In this document: in pieces, positions 7,729 through 17,338 of the stretch
Layout of the letters: every line of letters begins with the position of its first letter
How positions within the stretch are numbered: position 1 is the stretch's first letter
Source of the DNA: Pseudomonadota bacterium
GTDB lineage: Bacteria; Myxococcota; Myxococcia; Myxococcales; Myxococcaceae
Direction of reading: 5' to 3'
Length of the DNA: 46,789 nucleotides
Assembly (NCBI GenBank): GCA_009786315.1
Contig: WQTM01000232.1
Location: 1-46,789 of the forward strand
Notes under the pieces: generated by a model
Database searches by the model: none
Seen by the model: the letters and a program-made list of their open reading frames with translations, nothing else
What the model was told of the DNA's origin: nothing
Translations under genes and position numbers: made by a program

Positions 7729-9297
7729 TTATTCCAAGGTTATTTTTCGAATGCGGTGGTTATAGTTGTCTGCCACATAGAGGTTGTTGCCCTCCGCGTC
7801 CACCACAATGCCTGTGGGGTTAAAGAAGCGAGCAACATCTCCTGTGCCATCGGCAAAGTCGCCGTTGCCATAACCTATAGGGCCGCTGCCAGCAAGGGTA
7901 CTGACGACGCCCTCGGGGGTTACCATTCGGATGCGGTGGTTAAACCTATCTGCCACATAGAGGGTGCCCTTTGCGTCCACGGCGAGACCCATGGGGTAGT
8001 TGAATTGAGCATGGCTTCCCTCGCCGTCGGCAAAACCTGCTGTGCCTCCGGCGATGGTGAGGATGTTTCTTGTGGGAGTCACTTTGCTGATGCGGTGGTT
8101 AATGGTGTCGAGCACATAGAGGTTTCCTTGTGCGTCCACGTCCACGTCATAGGGAAAATCAAACGGTGCGGCAACTCCGAAGCCGCCGATAAGCGTGCTG
8201 ACAAACCCATTCGGAGCCACTTTTCGGATGCAGTTGTTATCAACATCCGCCACATAGAGGTTGCCTTGCGAGTCTGTGTTGAGGCCGCGAGGGGTATACC
8301 ACTGAGCATGTGTTGCGGGGCCGTCGGCGAAGCCTCGTGTTGTTCCGGAGAGGGTGGTGACGATTCCGGTGGGTGTTATTTTGCGGATGCGGTGGTTTTG
8401 GCTATCCGACACATAGAGGTTGTTTTCCAAGTCTGTGGCTATTCCATGAGGGAAGTGAAACTGTGCGAGTGTTGCTATGCCGTCAGCAGAACCTTGTGTA
8501 CTTCCGGCAAAGGTAGAGACGACGCCCTCGGGTGTTATTTTTCGGATGAGGCTGTTTCCGGTGTCTGCCACATAAATGTTGTTGTCCGTATCCATGCTAA
8601 TGGCTTCAGGGCGACGGAACTGTGCCTCCGTGCTGTTGCCGTTGCTGTTTCCCGACGTGCCGTTGCCGGCCAAGGTAGAGACAGTGGCTGTCAGCACATA
8701 GGTGAAGTGGGTGTTGGAGGTAGCGGTGTCGAGGGAGGTGGTGACTTGCACAAGGCCGGAACAGAGTTTGTTTTTGGGCACTTCAACACGTATTTCGGTT
8801 TCTGAGGCCGAGAGGACAACAGCGGGGACACCATTCAGAGTGACGTTGTTTTCCGAGAGGACGGGGCTGAAGTTTGCTCCCTGAATGCTCAATACAGAGC
8901 CAAAGCCTGCCGAGGTAGGGTTGAAGCTGTGAATGACAGGTATGGCAGAGGGAGAGGGGGCCTGGGTTTGGGTTATGGCCACCGTTTTGCTGAGCAGGTT
9001 ATTGCTTGCTGTTATGGTTATGGTAGCGAAGCGGGCATCCAAGCTGTCGTTTTGAGCCACCCGCACCGTCAATGTTTGTTCGCCGGTGCCGGAGCTGGGC
9101 AGCACGCTGCACCAGTCCGCGTCACAGTGCGCGGTCCAGTCGGTATTGGAGATGACATTAAAGCTTTTCTCGCTGGAGGCTTTCGAATGAAAAACAAGCT
9201 CTGTTGGGTTGACATCCAGTATAACGCCACAAGCAACCGCCCCCGCTATTATTAAAAACAACAAAAAAATCGAATATTTTCTTTTTGCGGTGCTCAT
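7729..9297 (-). CDS. Secreted or lipoprotein-like protein with BACON-like, IPT/TIG and six NHL repeats
   Basis: Signal peptide with a possible lipobox (LIIAGAVAC). BACON-like segment DWCSVLPSSGTGEQTLTVRV...ATITITA. IPT-like segment IHSFNPTSAGFGSVLSIQGANF. Repeated NLYVAD..NHRIRKITP units. Confidence 0.75.
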   Translation of the reverse strand: MSTAKRKYSIFLLFLIIAGAVACGVILDVNPTELVFHSKASSEKSFNVISNTDWTAHCDADWCSVLPSSGTGEQTLTVRVAQNDSLDARFATITITASNNLLSKTVAITQTQAPSPSAIPVIHSFNPTSAGFGSVLSIQGANFSPVLSENNVTLNGVPAVVLSASETEIRVEVPKNKLCSGLVQVTTSLDTATSNTHFTYVLTATVSTLAGNGTSGNSNGNSTEAQFRRPEAISMDTDNNIYVADTGNSLIRKITPEGVVSTFAGSTQGSADGIATLAQFHFPHGIATDLENNLYVSDSQNHRIRKITPTGIVTTLSGTTRGFADGPATHAQWYTPRGLNTDSQGNLYVADVDNNCIRKVAPNGFVSTLIGGFGVAAPFDFPYDVDVDAQGNLYVLDTINHRISKVTPTRNILTIAGGTAGFADGEGSHAQFNYPMGLAVDAKGTLYVADRFNHRIRMVTPEGVVSTLAGSGPIGYGNGDFADGTGDVARFFNPTGIVVDAEGNNLYVADNYNHRIRKITLE

Positions 9298-9717
9298 TTT
9301 CTCTCCCGGTTTCTTTTCTGTAGTTCAGACGTCGGTGTGACATGTAGCCTATATGAATACGTATTGAATTCACAGCCTCATTCTAAACTTCGTAAACAAG
9401 GGTTCACATATTAAAGATGAAGCGTTTTAGCCTTGGTTTTGTTTCAGGCATTTTTATTTTGCCCAGTTTTTCTCGTATAGAGGGGGGTGGGGGCCACCCC
9501 CTAGGGGGCCCAAGGAGCTGAGTTTGTTTCCAAGTTGCCTTGAGTTGCTATGGTGCACACGCCAACTTGAGACGGGCCTAGGGGCCTGTTCGCGCGAACG
9601 CTCAACGCCCATCTTTTGGCGTATTTTCCGTAATACGTCGTTGTTCGCCGGTATATTCGCCCGCCTTGCGCCTCGTCTTGCGAAGAATTCGCTCAAAACC
9701 TGGACTGCTCACAGGCC

Positions 9718-12387
9718 CTAGTTTTTGCCTGTTGTTTTGTGGCCGAGTTTGGCTTGCCACTTGGCAATGCTGCTCAGTGCTTCGAGGGGTGTTGTTGTCG
9801 GCACGGGAAAAGCCGCAATGGCCTCAAGTATTTCTTCTGAGAATGCATAGCTGGGTTGCTTTGCCGCTTCTTCTTCAAACAGGCCCAGTTGTGTACGGCG
9901 TCTTTTTTTTGTCTCTTGGAGAATGCTGGGGCGTCCTGTCTCGTCCAACTCTTTGGCCTCCAGGTTGGCCAGCAACTCCTTGGCGCGTTTGAGTACGCGA
10001 GGAGGCAGGCCTGCCAGGCGTGCCACCTCAATGCCATAGGACTTGTTGGCAGGGCCTTCGACGAGTTTTCTGAGGAAGAGAATTTTGCCGTCTTTCTCTT
10101 GGACGGCAATGGAGCAATTTCTCACATTGGCTCGCTCGTGGGCCAAAACGGTTAACTCGTGGTAGTGCGTTGCAAACAAACAGCGCGCTTTCACCGCTTC
10201 ACACAAATATTCGGCCACAGCCCAGGCCAGGGACAACCCGTCGAAGGTTGCCGTCCCTCGGCCAATCTCATCCAAAATAATGAAGCTGCTTGGCGTCGCA
10301 TTGTGCAAAATATTGGCCGTCTCCACCATCTCAAGCATGAAAGTAGACTGCCCCCGAGACAAATTGTCTGAAGCCCCCACCCTCGAAAAAAGCCTGTCAC
10401 AAATACCCAACCGCATCCTCTGTGCAGGTACAAAACAACCTGCCTGCGCCATCACCACGCACAGCGCTACCTGACGCATAACGGTGCTTTTGCCCGCCAT
10501 GTTGGGGCCCGTAATTAAAACAACCTGCCCGTCGTCCGCACTCAGCGAGAGACTGTTCGGAATAAACGGCTGCGGCTTTATCATCTGCTCCACCACAGGG
10601 TGGCGCCCATCCACCATTTCAAGCGCAACGCCTTCCTCTATAACAGGCCGAGTGTAGCCGTTTTCAACCGCCAACTGAGCGAAGCTCGACAACACATCCA
10701 CCGTCGAAAGGGCGTCCGCCGCAGCCAAAATGGGTTGGACTTTTGCAATAATCTCCTGACGCAAAGTCTCAAACCAACGCAACTCAAGTTGAATACGCCG
10801 CTCCTGCGCGTCTAAAATTTTCCTCTCATATTCCTGCAACTCCTCTGTCACAAAACGCTCCGCCCCCACCATGGTTTGCTTGCGTGTCCAATGCGTTGGC
10901 ACCAAATGTAAATTGGCTTTGCTGACTTCCATATAGTAGCCAAACACCCGGTTATAGCGAAGCTTCAAACTGTGTATGCCTGTACACTTGCGCTCCTTCG
11001 CCTCCACCTTCAAAAGCCACTCTTTCCCCGAGGAAGCAAGCTCCATAACTTCGTCCAACTCTGGACAAAACCCCCCGCGCATAAACCCACCCTCCGTTAG
11101 GCTTATGGGAGGCTCGTCTATGAGTGCGTGAAGCAACTTTTCAGCCAGTACTTGCAATTCCTTGCTTTCCAACAAAGGCAGAAGGCAGTCCAACAAGGCC
11201 GACGGTATGCCGGAAACCACAGCCGTTATTTTCGGAAAAATAGAAAGCGTTTGCCCCAATACCCTCATGTCCCGCGGTGTTCCGGAAGCCAGAGACAGGC
11301 GGGCACATAAACGCTCAATGTCCGCCACCTCTTTCAAAAGCCCCCTCAGTTGCTCCCGCCCAGAGGACTTGTCCCTCCACGCCTCCACAAGGTTATAGCG
11401 GGCTTCAATCTCCTGCTTTTGGGTGAGGGGAGACAAAATCCAACGCGTCAGCTTTCGAGCACCCAACGTCGTTGTCGTCCTGTCTATAACACCCAACAGA
11501 GAGCCTTTGCGCTGGCCGTCACGGGCCGTTTTGACAATCTCCAAATGCCCAATGGTTGCATCATCCAAAAGCAAATGCTCGGAGCGACGGTAAAGCTGGA
11601 GTTGCGTTAGGTGGGTGGCCGCCGTCTTCTGCGTGTTGAGCAAATAATTCAACGCAGCACCCGCCGCAGCAATGGAAGCAGGGTTGTCTTTGAGGCCAAA
11701 GGACTCCAAACTCAATACATGAAAATGAGTGCAAAGCGCAGCATTCGCATTCGAAAAGTCAAAAGCCTCCTCCTCCAAGGGTACCAGCAAAGGACGAGGG
11801 GAAAACCCCTCCAATAAACGCTCTACCTCATAGCTTGGGCTTTCCTTGGAAAGGAGAAGCTCCCTCACAGAAAACTTCGCCAGCTCGTCCCGTAGGGACT
11901 CCCCATCCAATAGGGGAAAAACAAAAAACGCCCCCGTCGAAGCGTCCAGCATGGCTACCCCAAACGCCCCCCCCTTCGCATATTTCACCGCCGCCAAAAA
12001 ATTGTTCTCCTTCGCCTCCAATACCTCCTCGTCCACCACCATCCCCGGAGTAATGACTCGCACCACCTCCCGGCGGACAAGCCCGGACTTCCCAGGTGGC
12101 TCCACTTGCTCACAAATGGCTACCTTGAGGCCTGCCTCAATCAACTTCGCAATATATCTCCTCGCAGCATGGAATGGAATCCCTGCCATGGGGACTTTGT
12201 CTGGGCCTTTGGAGCGCGAAGTCAGCGTAATTTGCAAAATGTCTGCGGCCTTCAGCGCATCATCAAAAAACATCTCATAAAAATCCCCCAGACGAAAAAA
12301 CAAAATAGCATCCGGGTGTTGGGATTTGAGCTCGATGTATTGCTTCATCATCGGAGTCGCATTGCTTGCAGTGTTGTCCATGTCCAT
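9718..12387 (-). CDS. mutS: DNA mismatch repair protein MutS
   Basis: Motifs TPMMKQYIELKSQHPDAILFFRLGDFYEMF, GPNMAGKST, ILDEIGRGT and FATHYHEL. Start taken at the ATG at 12387 (889 aa). The ORF-track extension to 12561 would overlap the divergent ubiB-family gene. Confidence 0.96.
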   Translation of the reverse strand: MDMDNTASNATPMMKQYIELKSQHPDAILFFRLGDFYEMFFDDALKAADILQITLTSRSKGPDKVPMAGIPFHAARRYIAKLIEAGLKVAICEQVEPPGKSGLVRREVVRVITPGMVVDEEVLEAKENNFLAAVKYAKGGAFGVAMLDASTGAFFVFPLLDGESLRDELAKFSVRELLLSKESPSYEVERLLEGFSPRPLLVPLEEEAFDFSNANAALCTHFHVLSLESFGLKDNPASIAAAGAALNYLLNTQKTAATHLTQLQLYRRSEHLLLDDATIGHLEIVKTARDGQRKGSLLGVIDRTTTTLGARKLTRWILSPLTQKQEIEARYNLVEAWRDKSSGREQLRGLLKEVADIERLCARLSLASGTPRDMRVLGQTLSIFPKITAVVSGIPSALLDCLLPLLESKELQVLAEKLLHALIDEPPISLTEGGFMRGGFCPELDEVMELASSGKEWLLKVEAKERKCTGIHSLKLRYNRVFGYYMEVSKANLHLVPTHWTRKQTMVGAERFVTEELQEYERKILDAQERRIQLELRWFETLRQEIIAKVQPILAAADALSTVDVLSSFAQLAVENGYTRPVIEEGVALEMVDGRHPVVEQMIKPQPFIPNSLSLSADDGQVVLITGPNMAGKSTVMRQVALCVVMAQAGCFVPAQRMRLGICDRLFSRVGASDNLSRGQSTFMLEMVETANILHNATPSSFIILDEIGRGTATFDGLSLAWAVAEYLCEAVKARCLFATHYHELTVLAHERANVRNCSIAVQEKDGKILFLRKLVEGPANKSYGIEVARLAGLPPRVLKRAKELLANLEAKELDETGRPSILQETKKRRRTQLGLFEEEAAKQPSYAFSEEILEAIAAFPVPTTTPLEALSSIAKWQAKLGHKTTGKN

Positions 12388-12496
12388 TCCCAGTTTCAAA
12401 CAGCCCAGCTCCAAACAGTCGAGCAAAATTTTTGAAGGCCATTGAAGCACATATTCAAACCACTTTTCATAGCAAAAAACCCATTTCCCCGAAGAG

Positions 12497-14254
12497 TTGT
12501 TTATAAAGGGTGCTTTCCAAGAGTTGCGGTCCGCACCAACTCGTGAGAGGCTTTGTGGCATTGTGCTAAAAGGAGCTTTTCAAGACTTCAATCGCCTTCG
12601 ACAGGTTACAACCATTGCTGCAAGGTATGGTTTCGCGGATTTGTTCGAAAGGTCCGGCATCAGCAAACTCATTGGAAAAAAAATAGAACCTGAAAACGAA
12701 ACCGAAACGCGTCGCGGCTCCATCGCCCGCCGGTTTCGAGCTATGTTGGATGAGCTTGGCCCAAGCTTTGTGAAACTCGGACAGGTGCTGTCTACACGCG
12801 CGGATTTGCTCCCCCCTGAATTTATACAGGAGCTCGCCTGCTTGCAAGACAATGCCGCCCCTCTCCCTATTGCGCTTATACGCGAACAAATTGAATCCAG
12901 CTTTCAAAAAAAAACAGAAGAGCTTTTCTCCTCCATTGAGACAGAGCCTCTTGCTGCCGCATCCATCGCTCAAGTCCATAGGGCCAAAACACATGATGGC
13001 GATGAAGTGGTCGTTAAAGTCCAGCGCCCCGGCATTGCCCAAAACATTGATGCGGACCTCTCCATCCTCTATTATTTGGCCAAAGCCATGGAGGCCGTTA
13101 TTGAAGAAACGGGGCTCTATACCCTTAGCGGAATTGTTGAAGAATTCGACAAAGCCATCCATGAAGAGCTTAATTTTTTAAACGAAGCTCAAAATATTGA
13201 AATTTTCTTTGAAAACCACAAAGGAAGGGACAAAGTCCGCATCCCCCGCGTATACCGAGAATTGACCAGCACCACCGTGTTGACAATGGAGTCCATCCCC
13301 GGTCAAAAACTCTCCAAGGCTCGGCTTTCTCAAACTGAAAAAACCGCCTTGGCCCATCTTGCCATAGAAGAGGCTTTCTACCAACTGTTTGAAGATGGGC
13401 TCTTCCATGGAGACCCCCATCCAGGAAACTTGCTCGTCTTGGATGGACCCCAGTTGGCACTCATTGACTTTGGGCTTGTCGGCAAAATGACCAAGCCTAT
13501 GCAAGAAACTTTGGTGAACTTGGTCCTTGCTGTCTCCTTGAAGGATGCGGGCTCTGTGGCCCGGTTGCTCTATCGCATGGGAGAGCCTACGGAACGAACC
13601 AACTTGCTTGGGTTTCGCGATGATATTGAGCACATTTTCAGCAGCCATACCCTCGCCTCCCTGGCTGAATTGAGCGCCAAACACCTGCTGAATGATTTGA
13701 TGAGTTTGGCCATCAAATACCGTATCCGTATCCCCAAAGAATATGCTGTCCTGTGCCGAGCCGCTATTACCACCGAAGGAATCCTCCGCACCCTCCACCC
13801 GGATATGAATGTTTCGGAAATGGTCCTGCCTTATGCCAAAAAAATATTGGCAGAACGCTATGACATGTCTCACTTTCAAGAAAGCGGCATGCGCACCCTC
13901 TTTCGTCTAAGCACCTCCATCAACGAAGTCCCCTTGCAGCTTTCACAAATATTGTTGGACCTTGAAGCCGGAAAATTTTCTGTCAGCATTAACGCTGAAC
14001 AATTCGCCTGCCAAAACCAAAACATTCGCTCTCTGGGCGCTGTTATTTTTTCTGGGTTGTGCACCTGCGGCTTCATCATCGGCTCCTTCATCCTCTTCGC
14101 CTCAACCCCATGGGAATTCAACGGCATCCCAATCCTCGGTATCATCGGAATGGCCGTTGCAGGTTTTGTCTCCCTTGTCTCAGGCCTTTGGTATTTTTCA
14201 AGAGGTGGAACTTTTAAGCTCTCCCTCAAACGCTTTTTCCGCCCCCGCCCCTAG
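12497..14254 (+). CDS. ubiB: ABC1/UbiB-family atypical kinase with C-terminal TM helices
   Basis: Motifs LGPSFVKLGQVLSTRADLLPPEFIQELACLQDN, AAASIAQVHRA and HGDPHPGNL. The start is uncertain: TTG at 12497 or in-frame GTG at 12563. The motif KGAFQ(E/D) occurs twice, 22 codons apart. Confidence 0.85.
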   Translation: MFIKGAFQELRSAPTRERLCGIVLKGAFQDFNRLRQVTTIAARYGFADLFERSGISKLIGKKIEPENETETRRGSIARRFRAMLDELGPSFVKLGQVLSTRADLLPPEFIQELACLQDNAAPLPIALIREQIESSFQKKTEELFSSIETEPLAAASIAQVHRAKTHDGDEVVVKVQRPGIAQNIDADLSILYYLAKAMEAVIEETGLYTLSGIVEEFDKAIHEELNFLNEAQNIEIFFENHKGRDKVRIPRVYRELTSTTVLTMESIPGQKLSKARLSQTEKTALAHLAIEEAFYQLFEDGLFHGDPHPGNLLVLDGPQLALIDFGLVGKMTKPMQETLVNLVLAVSLKDAGSVARLLYRMGEPTERTNLLGFRDDIEHIFSSHTLASLAELSAKHLLNDLMSLAIKYRIRIPKEYAVLCRAAITTEGILRTLHPDMNVSEMVLPYAKKILAERYDMSHFQESGMRTLFRLSTSINEVPLQLSQILLDLEAGKFSVSINAEQFACQNQNIRSLGAVIFSGLCTCGFIIGSFILFASTPWEFNGIPILGIIGMAVAGFVSLVSGLWYFSRGGTFKLSLKRFFRPRP

Positions 14255-14341
14255 GTTTTATTGTTCCACGCAAAAAAATGTTTTTGAGGCCGAAGTTGTT
14301 GGACCCCATGCTCATTTAAAATACGGACTGCCGTGGATGAA

Positions 14342-16048
14342 ATGAATGACAACTCGGACGAAGTGCAACGCCTTCGAGAGCAACTCAAAAAATCTCAAAC
14401 GCAAATTGACGAGCTCACGCATCGCTTGGAACGTTATTTGACAAGCATAGAAGCCCATTTTTTTTCTGGCTTCAGCGATATTGCCATTGGCGCTCTGCTT
14501 GTGAATTTTGAACAAAAAATCGTCTTCGCGAACGCTGCAGCATCCACCATGCTTGCCAAACCCATAGAGCAACTCACCGGACAAGTCGTTACCTCCCTTT
14601 TCCCAAGCTTGCATGCCTTTGTCCAAAACCTGATTGTTGGCAAATCCAACAAAGGCCACACTGAAGTCCTCATGCGGGATGAAAACTTGTCAGCCGTTTG
14701 GCTTGCAATTTGGGCATCCAACATCCATGAGTTCATGGCTGATGAGCCTTATTTGCTGTTGATGGTTGAGAATATTACGGAGCTCAAACAGGCCGAAGAA
14801 AGAGCAAGACGCATCTCTTCAGAAAAAAGCATTCGTCGAAGGCTGGCTTTTCTTGCCGAACTCAGCAGCGCCATTTCTTCATCCCTGGAGCAATCTACCA
14901 TTATTGACCGCCTCACCCGGTTGTCCATTCCTGAGCTTGGGGGCTTTTGCATGTTTGAGCTCTTTGGCCATGCTCAAACTTTTGAAAGAGTTGCTTGTGC
15001 CAGCATTTCTCAGGTATTGGAAGCGCAACTTGCCAACTCTCAGTTTCATCAAACCCCCGCGTGGCAACAACTTCTAAAAACAACACTGGATGCTGGCTAC
15101 ACCTGCCATATCCGAAGCAATGGAAAATTTTGGGAAGAAACATGGAACAAACGCCAACATGACTTCGGTGAGCCCGTCCCTGCAAACTCCCTCCTCATCT
15201 CCCCTATTCTCATAGACAACGACTATCTCGGTTGCATTGTTTTCGGAAAAACAGCCCAGGAAGAACATTCTGAAGGTGATTTTGCCTTGGCGGAGGAGCT
15301 TTCACGCCGCGCAGTGTTGGCCTTTGACAATGCGCGACTTTACCAACAAGCCAAAGGGGCCAACAAACTGAAGGACGATTTTTTGGCCATTGTGTCGCAT
15401 GAATTGAGGACTCCGCTTGTGCCTATTTTGGGGTGGGCTCAACTCCTAAAAAGCAATTTGGACAATCTTCCAACACTCTCCAAGGGTTTGGATGTCATCG
15501 AAAGAAATGCTCGAATGTTGACGCAACTTATTGATGATTTGTTGGACGTGTCTCGAAGTATTGCAGGAAAACTTTCTTTGGAGTTTCGTCCCACCTCTTT
15601 TCAAGAAATTGTCAGCAACGTTGTTGAAGGACACAGACTTTCTGCATCCAACCAAAACATTTCTATTCACTGCATGGCCTCAGGCAAATTGCCTCTGGTG
15701 ATGGGGGACGCGTTGCGCCTGCAGCAGGTTGTTTCTAACCTGATGTCCAACGCCATCAAATTCTCTCACCCCGGAGGGGAAATTCACATTAGCCTGAAGC
15801 TTGAAGGAAGAAACTTGGCCCTAAAAGTTGTTGACAATGGCGTGGGGATTGAGCCCGGTTTTCTTGCACACCTGTTTGAGCGTTTCAGGCAAGGGGAATC
15901 TGCTTCCACGCGCAAACACGACGGCCTTGGCTTGGGACTTTCCATCGCTCAAAGCCTTGTTGAAACACACCATGGGAGCATTGAAGCCCAAAGCGAAGGT
16001 GTCGGCAAAGGAACGACAATGATTGTGCGGTTGCCAGCCATTCTTTGA
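14342..16048 (+). CDS. Soluble sensor histidine kinase (coiled-coil, PAS/GAF-like, HisKA, HATPase_c)
   Basis: H-box FLAIVSHELRTPL, N-box LMSNAIKFS, G-boxes DNGVGI and GLGLGLSI. No TM segment seen. Start at the ATG at 14342; the ORF-track start at 14333 is GTG. Confidence 0.88.
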   Translation: MNDNSDEVQRLREQLKKSQTQIDELTHRLERYLTSIEAHFFSGFSDIAIGALLVNFEQKIVFANAAASTMLAKPIEQLTGQVVTSLFPSLHAFVQNLIVGKSNKGHTEVLMRDENLSAVWLAIWASNIHEFMADEPYLLLMVENITELKQAEERARRISSEKSIRRRLAFLAELSSAISSSLEQSTIIDRLTRLSIPELGGFCMFELFGHAQTFERVACASISQVLEAQLANSQFHQTPAWQQLLKTTLDAGYTCHIRSNGKFWEETWNKRQHDFGEPVPANSLLISPILIDNDYLGCIVFGKTAQEEHSEGDFALAEELSRRAVLAFDNARLYQQAKGANKLKDDFLAIVSHELRTPLVPILGWAQLLKSNLDNLPTLSKGLDVIERNARMLTQLIDDLLDVSRSIAGKLSLEFRPTSFQEIVSNVVEGHRLSASNQNISIHCMASGKLPLVMGDALRLQQVVSNLMSNAIKFSHPGGEIHISLKLEGRNLALKVVDNGVGIEPGFLAHLFERFRQGESASTRKHDGLGLGLSIAQSLVETHHGSIEAQSEGVGKGTTMIVRLPAIL

Positions 16049-16079
16049 AACCAAACAACAACTTGAGATGAATAAAGTT

Positions 16080-17330
16080 TCAACTGACAGGAAATTCAAA
16101 CAGTTTTGGGAGGTTTACGTTTTGAATTTCTCCTGTTTTTTTCACGAATTCACGGGCATTGCTTGGCAATTTCACTTCGGTTTTGTCTTCTCTTTTCGAC
16201 GAAGCAAACCCCACATAGGCCAAAAGCCCCCCCAGCAAAGCGGCGAGCAACCACCACGGGAAACGCCCATGCCTCCTCTTTCTTGGTTGCCCCCGTTTGA
16301 CTTGCGCCGGTTGTTGCAAAAGCGTTTCGAGTACATCCGCAATCCACATTGCACGCGCAGGCCTCGCTTCGGGGTTTGTTTGAAGTACCTGAGAAAATAC
16401 CTCGTCCAAACCTTTCGGAAAATAACGTTCTCTCTCTGAAGGCAGTTTAAAGCACCCCACAGGAAGCTCTCCTGTCAACATTTCATAAAAAATAACTCCT
16501 AAGGCATAAATGTCTGCTCGGTTGTCTACACGCTTGGCATCCTTGCGTTGCTCCGGCGCCATATAATTCATGCTTCCCATGGCAACCGCTGTCGCCGTCA
16601 ACGCGAATTCCTGAGGGCCCCTTTGAATGCCCGCCAACCCAAAATCGGCCACCTTGAGGTTGCCCATCGCATCCGACAAAATGTTTTCAGGCTTGAGGTC
16701 TCTATGGATGACTCCCTGGGAGTGCATATAGTCCACCGCGCGCGCAATCCCTGAAATCAGTTGAATGGCCTCCTTCAAAGCCAAACGGCCTTTTGACATC
16801 TTCTCCCGAAGCGAGGGGCCCGACACATATTCCATCACAATATAATAGCGGCCACCTGCAATACCCCTGTCCACCACCTGGACAATGTTGGGGTGAGACA
16901 AAAGTGCCAATGCAGAGGCCTCCTTTTCAAACCGACTCACAAATTCCGGGGCACTCTCAAAATCACTCGGCAAAAGTTTGACGGCAACGGTTCGCTTTAA
17001 CGAAATCTGCTCGGCACGCCAGACTTCTCCCATGCCTCCACGCCCAACCACTTCACGCAAAGCATATCCAGGAATGTCAGGAGGCGTTGAAGGAACAACC
17101 CGTGTGTCTATCCCAGACTTCAATGAAGAAGCTTTTAAACCCGGCAAAGCGGGTTTGTTTTCCCCAGCTTTCGTTGAAACAGGTTTGTCTGCACCGGTTT
17201 TCGTTTCTGTTCGCACCACTTCAAACCGAATGCCGCATGTGCAAGTTATTTTCTGGCCGCTGATGTATATGGAAACATCATGCCGGCGAAAACAATTGGG
17301 ACACGCTTGCAGTCGCTCAAAATGGGACAT
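16080..17330 (-). CDS. Ser/Thr protein kinase with N-terminal zinc-ribbon-like CxxC..CxC and a C-terminal TM anchor
   Basis: Motifs GRGGMGEVWRA, VAVKLL, HRDLKPENIL, DFGLA and APEQ. N-terminus is CPNCFRRH...CTC and the C-terminal TM is FPWWLLAALLGGLLAYVGF. The ATG at 17330 lies 8 nt downstream of the upstream gene's stop. Confidence 0.9.
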   Translation of the reverse strand: MSHFERLQACPNCFRRHDVSIYISGQKITCTCGIRFEVVRTETKTGADKPVSTKAGENKPALPGLKASSLKSGIDTRVVPSTPPDIPGYALREVVGRGGMGEVWRAEQISLKRTVAVKLLPSDFESAPEFVSRFEKEASALALLSHPNIVQVVDRGIAGGRYYIVMEYVSGPSLREKMSKGRLALKEAIQLISGIARAVDYMHSQGVIHRDLKPENILSDAMGNLKVADFGLAGIQRGPQEFALTATAVAMGSMNYMAPEQRKDAKRVDNRADIYALGVIFYEMLTGELPVGCFKLPSERERYFPKGLDEVFSQVLQTNPEARPARAMWIADVLETLLQQPAQVKRGQPRKRRHGRFPWWLLAALLGGLLAYVGFASSKREDKTEVKLPSNAREFVKKTGEIQNVNLPKLFEFPVS

Positions 17331-17338
17331 GGCACGGA

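Noticed and set aside
7627-8805. 392-aa plus-strand ORF
   Set aside because: It is antisense to the NHL-repeat gene. Its internal repeats (FSDAVV..ICHIEV) simply mirror the NHL repeats on the other strand.
9454-9696. 80-aa ORF in the mutS-NHL intergenic region
   Set aside because: It has no RBS and an Arg/Pro/Ser-rich composition typical of non-coding sequence. It overlaps the palindrome-rich segment.
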